From the NCBI GenBank assembly GCA_003132585.1, contig PKYG01000097.1:1790-65789 (forward strand): a stretch of DNA of 64,000 nucleotides, in the 5' to 3' direction. The notes beneath the pieces were generated by a model. That model did no database searches. It was not told where the DNA came from and saw nothing but the letters and a program-made list of their open reading frames with translations. Every line of letters starts with the position of its first letter. Position 1 is the first letter of the stretch. The position numbers were made by a program, and so were the translations under genes. Source of the stretch: Actinomycetota bacterium (GTDB taxonomy: Bacteria > Actinomycetota > Thermoleophilia > UBA2241). This document shows, in pieces, positions 45,720-54,735 of the stretch.

Positions 45720-46811
45720 GTGAGTAGCATGGCGTCGGTGCGGCGAGACACGCGGGTGATTCTGCTCAGCTACCCGGGGGATCCCGAGTCAGACCTGTTC
45801 AATGCTTCTGCGAGAGACAACTGCTGCCAGCCGTTCCTGATGCTGAGGGCAGAGCTGGCGAAGCGGGGGTTCGTCATAGAGCAGGTGTCTGATCAGCCGT
45901 TGCGGCAATGCGCATGCATCGTCTATTGGAACGTCAACAATCTGCGGCTATCAGGTGGCCTGCGTGGCGTTGCACGACGGCTCAGGTCCGATACCCGCGG
46001 GGCTGCGCGTGACCTGATTTCCGAGGCTCGCAGGCAGGGCCTGACCGAGCGGTTGGCTCTGGTGCTATGGGAGCCGCCGTCCGTGTGTCCGGAAAACTGG
46101 GACCTTAAGACCCACGATCACTTTCCGAGAATTCTCACGTGGAACGACGAGCTAGTTGACGGGGTTCGGTATCACAAGTTCAGACCGCCAGTACCGTCAA
46201 GCTTTCCAGTCGTTCCTGCCAGGCCGTTCGAGTCGAAGAAGCTGCTCACGATGATTGCGATGAACAAGGTCTCCAGTTACCCGAGCGAGTTGTATTCGGC
46301 CAGGGAGCGCTCAATCACCTACTTCGAGACTCATCATCCGGCGGATTTCGACCTATACGGCATAGGCTGGGACGATTCCCCGCAAGTGCCGTCTGGCACG
46401 GGCTCGACACGCTCGGGGCACAGAGCCTCCCAGCGACATCCCTCCTACCGGGAACCGGTGGCAAACAAGTGGAATGTGTTTCCCATATACCGTTTCGCAC
46501 TCTGCTACGAGAACGTGTTCGATCAGTCTGGCTGGGTCACTGAGAAACTCTTCGATTGCATGAGGGCGGATTGTGTCCCCGTGTATTGGGGTGCGCCGAA
46601 TGTCGATGAATACGTTGACAGCCGCGCGTACATCGACAGACGTCGGTTTCAATCGGACTCCGAATTGGCCAGCTACCTCGCCGGAATGTCGGAAGCGCGC
46701 TACGAGGAATACCGGACGGCCGTTCGACAGTATCTCCAGAGTGAAGCCTTCCATCTGTTCGAATCCCCAGCATTTGTCGTAAGTATGTTGCGGGGGCTGG
46801 GCCTATGCTGA
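45720..46811 (+). CDS. GT10-family (alpha-1,3/4-fucosyltransferase-like) glycosyltransferase.
   Basis: YRFALCYENVFDQSGWVTEKLFDCMRADCVPVYWGAPNV corresponds to the GT10 YKFxLxFENS...YxTEKx...VPVxxG C-terminal signature. Confidence 0.6.
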   Translation: MSSMASVRRDTRVILLSYPGDPESDLFNASARDNCCQPFLMLRAELAKRGFVIEQVSDQPLRQCACIVYWNVNNLRLSGGLRGVARRLRSDTRGAARDLISEARRQGLTERLALVLWEPPSVCPENWDLKTHDHFPRILTWNDELVDGVRYHKFRPPVPSSFPVVPARPFESKKLLTMIAMNKVSSYPSELYSARERSITYFETHHPADFDLYGIGWDDSPQVPSGTGSTRSGHRASQRHPSYREPVANKWNVFPIYRFALCYENVFDQSGWVTEKLFDCMRADCVPVYWGAPNVDEYVDSRAYIDRRRFQSDSELASYLAGMSEARYEEYRTAVRQYLQSEAFHLFESPAFVVSMLRGLGLC

Positions 46812-46932
46812 GGCGAGGGGACCCTCCCGGATTGAACGTGGCCGTTCTGGCGGGGGTCTACCACGAGATTGGCCAGGGAACCCCCCAGATGGTGGGTCGC
46901 GGGGTCGACGCGACTTTGCCGCGAGAGGCCCG

Positions 46933-48126
46933 ATGCCACAGCCATGTTGGCCAAGTCAGTGGCTGCGTCGGCGCATGAACGAAAGGCTCCGCATCCTGAT
47001 GATCCTGGCTTCGTCCACGAACGACGCCGTCCCGTACAACACCGTCTGGCGGCGGAATCTCTACGACACGTTGTGCAAGATGGGGCACGACGTTGTGCTC
47101 CTGGCGGCCGAGCCAGGCCGGCGGGCGATGGTGACGCGTGATGCCAAGGCACGCGAAGCATTCAGCGAGGCGGTCCTCACACGGTTCAAGCGCGAACACG
47201 CGAAGAGGCCGTTCGATCTGCTTTTCGGCTACCTCATGGACGGCATGATCGATCCCGCAGTCATCGACGAGATACGCCGTGCCGGTGTGCCGACCTGCAA
47301 CTTCTCCTGCAACAACGTACACCAGTTCGATCTCGTCGACGGGTTGTCCCCGCATTTCGACTTCAACCTGCATTCTGAACGCGACGTCGGTGACAAGTTC
47401 CGTCGAATCGGGGCTACGCCACTCTGGTGGCCGATGGCGTCGAATCCCCAATTCGCGCACCCGGTCGATACTCCGCGCACGCTGGGGGCGTCGTTCGTCG
47501 GAGGCAACTACGGTCTGCGTGCCGACTATGCGCTTCATTTGCTCGAGAACGGCGTGGACCTTCACCTTTACGGGCCCGGCTGGATGTTGTCCGGCCGCAT
47601 CGCCCGCGCCAAGCGCAGACTGCATCGCGACCTCACCATGGGCGCTGCGCTGTTTGCCCCGTCGCTGGCTACCCAAGCGACGCTTACTGCTCGAGCCGCG
47701 CGGATGGACATGATGCGCAGGCTCGCCGCTGCGCATCCCGGCAACGTCCACCAGCCCGTGTCTGATGATGAGGTGATACGCCTCTACAGCAGGAGCAACG
47801 TGTCCCTAGGCTTTCTTGAGGTCTTCGATCATCACGATCCGAGCGGACCGGTCCTGCAGCATCTTCACCTCCGCGAGTTCGAAGGTCCCATGAGCGGCGC
47901 ACTGTACCTGACGAACTACTCCGATGAACTCGCGGAGATGTTCGAACCTGACAAGGAAGTTCTCGTGTGGCGCAACCGCCACGAGCTGCTCGAGAAGGCC
48001 CGGTTCTATGCGGAGCACCCGGAGGCAGGCGACAAGATCCGAGCGGCCGGTCGCAAGAGAGCGCTCGCCTGCCACACCTATCGACATCGGTTTGAGCAGC
48101 TGTTCGAGAAGATCGGGCTGGTCTGA
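46933..48126 (+). CDS. CgeB-like / DUF3880 glycosyltransferase-family protein (paralog 3).
   Basis: LHLREFEGPMSGALYLTNYSDELAEMFEPDKEVLVWRNRHELLEKARFYAEHPE. Alt start ATG 46975. Confidence 0.5.
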   Translation: MPQPCWPSQWLRRRMNERLRILMILASSTNDAVPYNTVWRRNLYDTLCKMGHDVVLLAAEPGRRAMVTRDAKAREAFSEAVLTRFKREHAKRPFDLLFGYLMDGMIDPAVIDEIRRAGVPTCNFSCNNVHQFDLVDGLSPHFDFNLHSERDVGDKFRRIGATPLWWPMASNPQFAHPVDTPRTLGASFVGGNYGLRADYALHLLENGVDLHLYGPGWMLSGRIARAKRRLHRDLTMGAALFAPSLATQATLTARAARMDMMRRLAAAHPGNVHQPVSDDEVIRLYSRSNVSLGFLEVFDHHDPSGPVLQHLHLREFEGPMSGALYLTNYSDELAEMFEPDKEVLVWRNRHELLEKARFYAEHPEAGDKIRAAGRKRALACHTYRHRFEQLFEKIGLV

Positions 48127-48127
48127 C

Positions 48128-49057
48128 ATGTTGCAGGGGTCGCAAGGCAGGAATCGACGTGCGCCGACCGTCCGGGCTGGCGGCGGAGTTGCCAGGGTCA
48201 TGTCGGCCCTGTCGACCCAGTGGTGCGTCGAGGATGCGATCCACGACTATCGCGATGTGTATCTGAAGCTGGTGGGGCGCCTCGAGGAGCTCGTGCACGG
48301 GCGGTCACTCAGCGACGCGCGCATCCTTGAGCTGGGGTGCGGCTATTCGTATCCGAACGTTGCCCTCTTCCATGCCAACGGGCTCGATGCGTGCGGCGTG
48401 GATATCGAGAGAGTCTTCTACCGGGACGGTCGCGTCGCGACGCTCCGGGCTCGGCTTCGAGAGAAGGGACTCTTGCGCGCCATCTATCATGCAGGACCGC
48501 TGTACAGCGGCTACGGGCGCTTCTTTGCGACGCTCTCGGCGTTGGCTCAAACGACTATCGACCACGCCGCCTTGTCGATTCACACCTATGACGGGCAGAG
48601 GTTGCCGTTCCCCGATGAGTCTTTCGATGCAGTGTGCTCAAATGCAGTCCTTGAGCATGTGCACGATATGGGCTCATTCGTTGGCGAGGCAGCGAGAGTG
48701 CTGAGGCCTGGCGGTGTCGTCGACATGGTGTGGCACAACTTCTTCAGCCCGTCCGGCGGGCATCGCACAGAGACCGAAGTCGCACGTTCTCCCTGGGGCC
48801 ACATCACCGGGGATTCCCCACCCTCCTGTTACCTGAATCGAATGCGGCCAAACGAGATCAGGGAAGCGTTCGACCGGTGCTTCACCGTCCTTGACGTTGC
48901 GGGCATCGACCGGGTCTACTCGCTCAAGGGACAAGAGGGCTACATGCCTGAAGGCGCAGAGCTGCTGAGCCCGGAATGGAGGCGGCGGCTACCGGCTTTT
49001 GCCGACGACCTCCTGGCCACTCGCGGTTTTCTCCTTCAGGCAGTGCGCGACAGGTAG
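48128..49057 (+). CDS. Class I SAM-dependent methyltransferase (Methyltransf_11-like).
   Basis: ILELGCGYSYPN (motif I), GVDIER, FDAVCSNAVLEHV, LRPGGVV. ATG 48128 directly after upstream TGA. Confidence 0.7.
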   Translation: MLQGSQGRNRRAPTVRAGGGVARVMSALSTQWCVEDAIHDYRDVYLKLVGRLEELVHGRSLSDARILELGCGYSYPNVALFHANGLDACGVDIERVFYRDGRVATLRARLREKGLLRAIYHAGPLYSGYGRFFATLSALAQTTIDHAALSIHTYDGQRLPFPDESFDAVCSNAVLEHVHDMGSFVGEAARVLRPGGVVDMVWHNFFSPSGGHRTETEVARSPWGHITGDSPPSCYLNRMRPNEIREAFDRCFTVLDVAGIDRVYSLKGQEGYMPEGAELLSPEWRRRLPAFADDLLATRGFLLQAVRDR

Positions 49058-49105
49058 CTCCATGAGAGCCTACTTGATCAAGATCGAAAGGAGTGACCCA
49101 GGGCG

Positions 49106-50014
49106 ATGCCTCGCGTCACCGTGATCACTGCCGCGTACAATGCGGCAGAGTACCTGGCTGAGACCATCGAGAGCGTCCTGGCGCAAACGTACTCCGACTT
49201 CGAGTACATCGTTGTGGACGACGGCTCGGATGACGCGACGCCTGACATCATTGCGGAATACGCCTCACGAATCGTTAGCCTTCGCCAGCCGAACGCTGGC
49301 GAAGGCGCCGCGAGGAATCGTGGATTTGAGATCGCCACCGGAGAGTACGTCGCTATCGTCGATGCCGACGATGTCTGGGCTCAAGAGAAGCTCGAGTGCC
49401 AGGTCCTGGCGATGGAAAGTCAGCCTGACGCAGGACTCTGCTACACGAACGGCTCCTCCATTCGGGCCGATGGTTCCGTCTTGGAAGCTGTCTTGGTTCC
49501 GCCACACTCGCGGCTAACCTGCCTGCGAGCGATGACAGGGCAGAACCCGCTTGTGACGTCTTCCGTGATGTACCGCCGCAGATTCCTGGAGGCGCGCCCA
49601 TACCGAAGCTTGCCTGTCGCAGCGGACTTCTATGTCCATTTGAAAGTTCTCTGGAGAGCTTGCGAGCAATCGGTTTTCGTTGATGAGCCGCTTGTGCGCT
49701 ATCGGGTTGTGGAGACGTCGGTGTTGCGCCAGGTCGACGCTTGGGAGAGAGGACGTCTGACCCTGAAAGCGGTGGAGGCGTTCATCGACGACATGCGCTC
49801 TGAGAAACCGGTGCCGCAAGATCTTCAGCGCCGGGGAGTCGCCTACTCGCGCTTCCTGTGGGCGTGGTACTGCATCGATGGGCGAACGCGCTACCGCTTC
49901 GCGATTGGTCAGCTGGTGTGGGCAGTCCGAGACGACCCCAGACTCGCGTGGCGCGCGGGCCGCCAGGTGGCCAAGCTCACTCGGAACGCGCTTCTTGGTG
50001 CAAGGGGATCCTAG
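49106..50014 (+). CDS. GT2 (GT-A fold) glycosyltransferase.
   Basis: VTVITAAYNAAEYLAETIESVLAQTY..YIVVDDGSDD...IVDADD (DxD). AAGGAG SD upstream of ATG 49106. Confidence 0.8.
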   Translation: MPRVTVITAAYNAAEYLAETIESVLAQTYSDFEYIVVDDGSDDATPDIIAEYASRIVSLRQPNAGEGAARNRGFEIATGEYVAIVDADDVWAQEKLECQVLAMESQPDAGLCYTNGSSIRADGSVLEAVLVPPHSRLTCLRAMTGQNPLVTSSVMYRRRFLEARPYRSLPVAADFYVHLKVLWRACEQSVFVDEPLVRYRVVETSVLRQVDAWERGRLTLKAVEAFIDDMRSEKPVPQDLQRRGVAYSRFLWAWYCIDGRTRYRFAIGQLVWAVRDDPRLAWRAGRQVAKLTRNALLGARGS

Positions 50015-50015
50015 T

Positions 50016-51260
50016 TTGGTCTCACCGATCGCCATTGCCTACGTCACTGACACCTGGCGGCGCCAGGGAGGGGGCGGAGCCGAGAAAGCACTGTTCTCGC
50101 TCATCTCGGGGCTCGACCGTCGCCAGTTTCGCCCACTACTCGTCTCAGTTGCCGGCGACGGAAGCAGCGACTACTTCCGACTCGCTCGCGAAGCGGGCGT
50201 GCCAACTGTTCTGCTGCCAATGACCTTGCGCGAGGGGCGCTGTCGGTCCGCGTCCAACTTCCTGCGTCTTGTCCGGCTTCTCAGACGTCATCGTGTGCGT
50301 ATCGTGCACAGCACACAGGATCAAGGCGCAGGAATTCTCGCAGGCGCCATTGTGGGCGTTGGCGCGCGTTTGTACACGACTCACTGCGTTCTGCCGACAC
50401 CCAGCATGCAACGCTACTTGCTGTCGCGAGCCGTTGTTGCTCATGCCGCCTCGAGGAACATCGCCGTGTCGCAGGTTGTGTCAGGGCATCTTGTCGATCG
50501 CTATCGCGTAGATCCCGCCCGCGTGACCGTGATCTACAACGGCGTGCGAGCAGCCGCGGGCACAAGGCTGGATGCAGCGGTGCAGTGCGAAGCCGAGCGG
50601 CGAGATGCCCCGCCGACGGTGGTCAGTGTGGGCAGGCTCTCTTGGGAGAAAGGAGTCGATATCTTGCTGGACGCGATGGCTGTCGTGGTCGCTCAAGTGG
50701 GGGGTGCGCGCTTGATCGTGGTCGGCGATGGACCAGAGCGTACCGCGCTCGAGTGCCGCGCGGCGGATCTCGGGATCAGCGACAGCGTTCGTTTTGTCGG
50801 ACACCAGACAGAGATCGCGAGCTGGCTGAACCAAGCCACAGTTCTTGCCATGCCGTCTCGATCTGAGGGCATGGGCATGTCGGCGGCAGAAGCACTTGCA
50901 TACGGCATTCCCGTGGTCTGCTCGGGCGCCGGCGGCCTTCCTGAGGTCGTGGAGGATGGCCGCTGCGGCACCGTCGTGGCGGGACCCACGATTGGGGAGG
51001 CCATCGAAGTAGACCCAAGAGCGCTCGCCGAGGCCCTGCTCGTCCTCCTGACCGATCGCGACCGCGCCCAGCGCCTCGGCGCAAACGGGAAAGCGCGGTA
51101 CGATGCCCTCTTCACCGAGGAGGAGTTCCTGCGCCGACACGTCGAGACATACCTCGATGAGCTCGAGCGCACCCGGCGGCGTCGTGCGCGGTCGTGGGCG
51201 CTGTCGTCGTCAACTGACCCCTGCCCTACTGACCAAGGCCCGCCGTGCGCATCGTCGTAG
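50016..51260 (+). CDS. GT4 (GT-B) glycosyltransferase.
   Basis: VVSVGRLSWEKGVDILLDAM...EGMGMSAAEALAYGIPVVCSGAGGLPEVVEDG. Start (TTG 50016) uncertain. Confidence 0.7.
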   Translation: MVSPIAIAYVTDTWRRQGGGGAEKALFSLISGLDRRQFRPLLVSVAGDGSSDYFRLAREAGVPTVLLPMTLREGRCRSASNFLRLVRLLRRHRVRIVHSTQDQGAGILAGAIVGVGARLYTTHCVLPTPSMQRYLLSRAVVAHAASRNIAVSQVVSGHLVDRYRVDPARVTVIYNGVRAAAGTRLDAAVQCEAERRDAPPTVVSVGRLSWEKGVDILLDAMAVVVAQVGGARLIVVGDGPERTALECRAADLGISDSVRFVGHQTEIASWLNQATVLAMPSRSEGMGMSAAEALAYGIPVVCSGAGGLPEVVEDGRCGTVVAGPTIGEAIEVDPRALAEALLVLLTDRDRAQRLGANGKARYDALFTEEEFLRRHVETYLDELERTRRRRARSWALSSSTDPCPTDQGPPCASS

Positions 51261-52474
51261 CCAGCAGCTTCCACTACAGGCGCGGCGGCGATTCTGCCCA
51301 CTTCCTCGATCTCATCGCTGCGCTGGAGAGCCGCGGTCATGAAGTCGCCGTGTTCTCCATGCAACACCCGCTCAATCTGCCGTCTGCTTGGTCTGAGTAC
51401 TGGGTGCCATACATCGAGTATCGGGGCGATCTGAGGCAAGCAGAGCGGCTGCGGGCTGGATGGCGCAGCATCCACACGGCTGAGAGCGCCCGTTGCATGA
51501 GTCGCCTGCTAAGCGATTTCCAGCCCGCTGTCGTCCACTTCCACAGCGTGCAGCATCACCTGACGCTAGGCGCGGTCGAAGCCTGTGTGTCCGCGCATAC
51601 CCCGGTGGTGTGGACCCTCCACGATTACCGGACGGTGTGTCCGGCTACTTCGCTGCTGCGCGGCACCGAGGTCTGCGAGCGTTGTGCGAACGGTCACTTC
51701 TGGCACGGGGTCGCAGGGCGCTGCAAGTCGGGTGAGCTCTCGCGCAGCGTCGCGGCGGTGGTTGAGTCATACGTGACGCGGGCGCGCGGCACACTCGGCG
51801 CGGTGGATTGCTACGTGGCGCCGAGTCAATTCCTAGCGCGCACAGTTGTTGGAATGGGTCTGCCGGCAAAGAGAATCGAGGTAGTACCGAACGCGGTCTT
51901 TGATGAGACCATGCCGATGGCCGCAGGTCATTCGGGCGGCCTGCTCTACGTCGGGCGCCTCTCGGCGGAGAAGGGTGTGGACTGCCTGATCCGTGCCGCA
52001 GCAGGTCTGCCCGAGGTACCCCTGCGCATCGTAGGCGACGGGCCGGGGGCAGAGAGCCTCAAGGCACTTGCGCTGCGTCTAGGCGCCGACGTTGTGTTCG
52101 AAGGATGGGTGGATAAGGTCGGCGTACTTGCTCGCATGTCTGCGGCCGAGCTGCTTTGTGTCCCTTCGATCTGGTACGAGAACTGCCCCGGAGTAGTGCT
52201 GGAGGCAATGGTCGCAGGTCTGCCGATCGTCGCCAGCGATCTTGGCGGCCTCCCTGAACTCCTTGAAGGAGGCCAGGCGGGCTGGCTTGCCCCGGCGGGC
52301 GATGTGGGAGCTCTGCGCTGCGTCATCCGCAGAGCACTCGATGACAAGGCACGCACGGCGCAGCAGGCAGCGCGTGCTCGGTCTCGCGTACTCTTGCGCC
52401 ACGACCCTGACAGATTCGTTTCGCGCATAGAGGGCATCTACCGTTCGCTGGAGACTCCCAATCGAAGGTCGTAG
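51245..52474 (+). CDS. GT4 (GT-B) glycosyltransferase.
   Basis: MRIVVASSFHYRRGGDSAHFL ... YVGRLSAEKGVD...ENCPGVVLEAMVAGLPIVASDLGGLPEL. Confidence 0.8.
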   Translation: MRIVVASSFHYRRGGDSAHFLDLIAALESRGHEVAVFSMQHPLNLPSAWSEYWVPYIEYRGDLRQAERLRAGWRSIHTAESARCMSRLLSDFQPAVVHFHSVQHHLTLGAVEACVSAHTPVVWTLHDYRTVCPATSLLRGTEVCERCANGHFWHGVAGRCKSGELSRSVAAVVESYVTRARGTLGAVDCYVAPSQFLARTVVGMGLPAKRIEVVPNAVFDETMPMAAGHSGGLLYVGRLSAEKGVDCLIRAAAGLPEVPLRIVGDGPGAESLKALALRLGADVVFEGWVDKVGVLARMSAAELLCVPSIWYENCPGVVLEAMVAGLPIVASDLGGLPELLEGGQAGWLAPAGDVGALRCVIRRALDDKARTAQQAARARSRVLLRHDPDRFVSRIEGIYRSLETPNRRS

Positions 52475-52564
52475 CCGCCCTCAGGATCCATGACGCGCTG
52501 GAGGCCGCGCCTCACGGTGGCCAACAGCCACCAGCGTTGTCGCCGGTGAAGTAAAGTACCGGGC

Positions 52565-53539
52565 ATGGACGCCGCCATCATCACCACATATCGCTGCAAC
52601 GCCCGTTGCCGCATGTGTAAGACGTGGCAGTTTCCGACGACGCCGACCGAGGAGTTCGAGCCCGAGCTGCTCCAGAAGCTCCCGGACGGTCTCGGACGCG
52701 TCAATATCACCGGTGGCGAGCCGCTGATCCGGCAGGACCTCCCCGAGATCGTCGACATCCTGGCGCCCAAGGCTAAGCGGCTTGAGATCTCGACCAACGG
52801 CTACTTCACTGACCGACTTGTGGCCATCGCTCGCCGCCACCCCGACCTCACAATCCGTATCAGCATCGAGGGTCTGGCTGAGACCAATGACGGCGTGCGC
52901 GGCATTCGCGACGGCTTCGAACGGGCGATCCGCTCGTTCCACGCGTTGCGAGACGTCGGCGTCGAGGACCTCGGCTTTGCCGTGACCATTCAGGACGACA
53001 ACGCGCACGACCTCCTGAACCTCTACGAGTTCGTCTCAGCCGAGGGCGCGGAGTTCGCTCAGGCCGTGCCGCACAACAGCTACTACTTCCACACGAACGA
53101 GAACGAGATCCGTGACGTGGCGGCAGTCCAGTCGGCCATACGGGGGCTCATGGAAGCATTCCTGCGTTCCCGCAAGCCCAAGGAGTGGTTCCGGGCCTAC
53201 CTGAACCGCGGTTTGGTCGACTATGTTGGCGGGGCTGAGCGGCGCTTCGCATGTACGGCCGCGACCGACATCTTCTTTCTCGACCCGTTCGGCGAGGTGT
53301 ACCCGTGCAACGGCTGGGACCTGAGCATGGGCAACCTGCACGACTCCTCGTTCGATCAGATCTGGACGGGGGAGAGGGCAGAGGCGGTGCGCGCGCAGGT
53401 CGCGGGCTGCGAGCGCCGCTGCTGGATGACGGGCACGGCGGTGCCGGCGATGAAGCATCACTTGCCGTCGGTGGCATGGTGGGTGGCGCGCAACAAGGTG
53501 CGTGTGGCGCTCGGCAAGCCCGTCGACCTGGGGGACTGA
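52565..53539 (+). CDS. Radical SAM enzyme with C-terminal Cys-rich SPASM/twitch-like domain.
   Basis: N-terminal CNARCRMC (CxxxCxxC) 11 residues from ATG. C-terminal CTAATDIFFLDPFGEVYPCNGW...CERRCWMTG cysteine cluster. Confidence 0.75.
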   Translation: MDAAIITTYRCNARCRMCKTWQFPTTPTEEFEPELLQKLPDGLGRVNITGGEPLIRQDLPEIVDILAPKAKRLEISTNGYFTDRLVAIARRHPDLTIRISIEGLAETNDGVRGIRDGFERAIRSFHALRDVGVEDLGFAVTIQDDNAHDLLNLYEFVSAEGAEFAQAVPHNSYYFHTNENEIRDVAAVQSAIRGLMEAFLRSRKPKEWFRAYLNRGLVDYVGGAERRFACTAATDIFFLDPFGEVYPCNGWDLSMGNLHDSSFDQIWTGERAEAVRAQVAGCERRCWMTGTAVPAMKHHLPSVAWWVARNKVRVALGKPVDLGD

Positions 53540-53543
53540 CGCC

Positions 53544-54698
53544 GTGCGCATCGCCCACATCGGGTCCAAAGGCATCCCGTCCAAGGGCGGGACCGAACGT
53601 GTTGTCGAGGCCATTGCGACGCGCCACGCCCGTGAGCACCAGGTCACCGTGTACGGGAGTGCGCGCGTCTGTTCGACCGGGATGCACCGAGGCGTGCGCG
53701 TGCTCGCGATCCCTGCGCCCGCGGCCAAGCACGTGGGCCCCGTGGTCCTGCAGCTGCGCGCTGCGCTGCACGCGCTGACGCGGGAGCGCTACGACCTCGT
53801 CCACGTCCACGCGTCTGAGAACGGTTTCATTGTGCCGCTGCTGCGGCTTCGCTACCCGGTGGTGACGACCAACCATGGACCTGCCTACGAGCGCGAGAAG
53901 TGGGGAGCTGTCGCTCGCTGGCTCATCCGCGCCAACGAGCGCTTCTCAGTCAAGCAAGCGACGATCGCGACCGCCGTCGCGGCGACTCAGGCGCGATCGC
54001 TGTCCGAGCGCTACCGGCGGCCGGTGGAGCACATTCCCAACGGCGTGGATGCAAGCGAGCCCAGCGCGAGTACCGAAGCACTCGATCTGCTCGAACGCTA
54101 CGGCCTCAGGAGCCGGGGCTATGTCCTCTTCGCTGCCGCGCGGGTGGACCGGACGAAGGGGTGCCACACGCTTCTCGGGGCGTGTCGCCTCATGCACGCG
54201 CCTCCCGCGGTGCTCGTGGTCGGCGACCTTTATCACGCGCCGGGGTATGAAGCCCAGCTTCGAGAGCTGGCCAATGGCCTGCCGGTCACGTTCCTGCCTC
54301 GCCTTGATGAGAAAGCGGTGCTGATGGGCCTCCTGCAGCACTGCCGCGTGTTCGTCTTCCCGTCGACGGTCGAGGCCATGTCGATGATGTTGCTCGAGGC
54401 GCTCGCCGTGGGCACCGTCGGCATCGCCAGCGACATCCCCGAGAACACGTCGATCCTGCCCGAGGGATACCCGACGTTCGCGGCCGGGGACTCCGCCGCG
54501 CTGTGCCGGCAATTCGAGGGGGTTCTCGAGTGGGATGACGCGGCGCGTGCAGCGTTCATTGAGCGGGGCAGGGAGTGGGTGCGAGGCCGCTACGACTGGG
54601 GCGGCATCGCGACCCAGTACGAAGCACTCTACCGTCAGGCCTGCATTGGCGTTGACGCAGGAGCCGGGCGAGCCCCTGAGGAAGTAGGTAGCAACTAA
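53544..54698 (+). CDS. GT4 (GT-B) glycosyltransferase.
   Basis: VRIAHIGSKGIPSKGGTERVVEAI ... FPSTVEAMSMMLLEALAVGTVGIASDIPEN. GTG 53544 with GGGGGAC SD. Confidence 0.75.
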   Translation: MRIAHIGSKGIPSKGGTERVVEAIATRHAREHQVTVYGSARVCSTGMHRGVRVLAIPAPAAKHVGPVVLQLRAALHALTRERYDLVHVHASENGFIVPLLRLRYPVVTTNHGPAYEREKWGAVARWLIRANERFSVKQATIATAVAATQARSLSERYRRPVEHIPNGVDASEPSASTEALDLLERYGLRSRGYVLFAAARVDRTKGCHTLLGACRLMHAPPAVLVVGDLYHAPGYEAQLRELANGLPVTFLPRLDEKAVLMGLLQHCRVFVFPSTVEAMSMMLLEALAVGTVGIASDIPENTSILPEGYPTFAAGDSAALCRQFEGVLEWDDAARAAFIERGREWVRGRYDWGGIATQYEALYRQACIGVDAGAGRAPEEVGSN

Positions 54699-54735
54699 TC
54701 CGTTCGTTCGTTACGACCAAGGGGGGTACGTCGCT

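Noticed and set aside
52490-52549. 19-codon mini-ORF upstream of the radical SAM gene considered as a RiPP precursor peptide.
   Set aside because: No Cys/Ser/Thr-rich core, no leader-like motif, weak SD. Most likely chance. Mentioned in the radical-SAM finding only as something to check.
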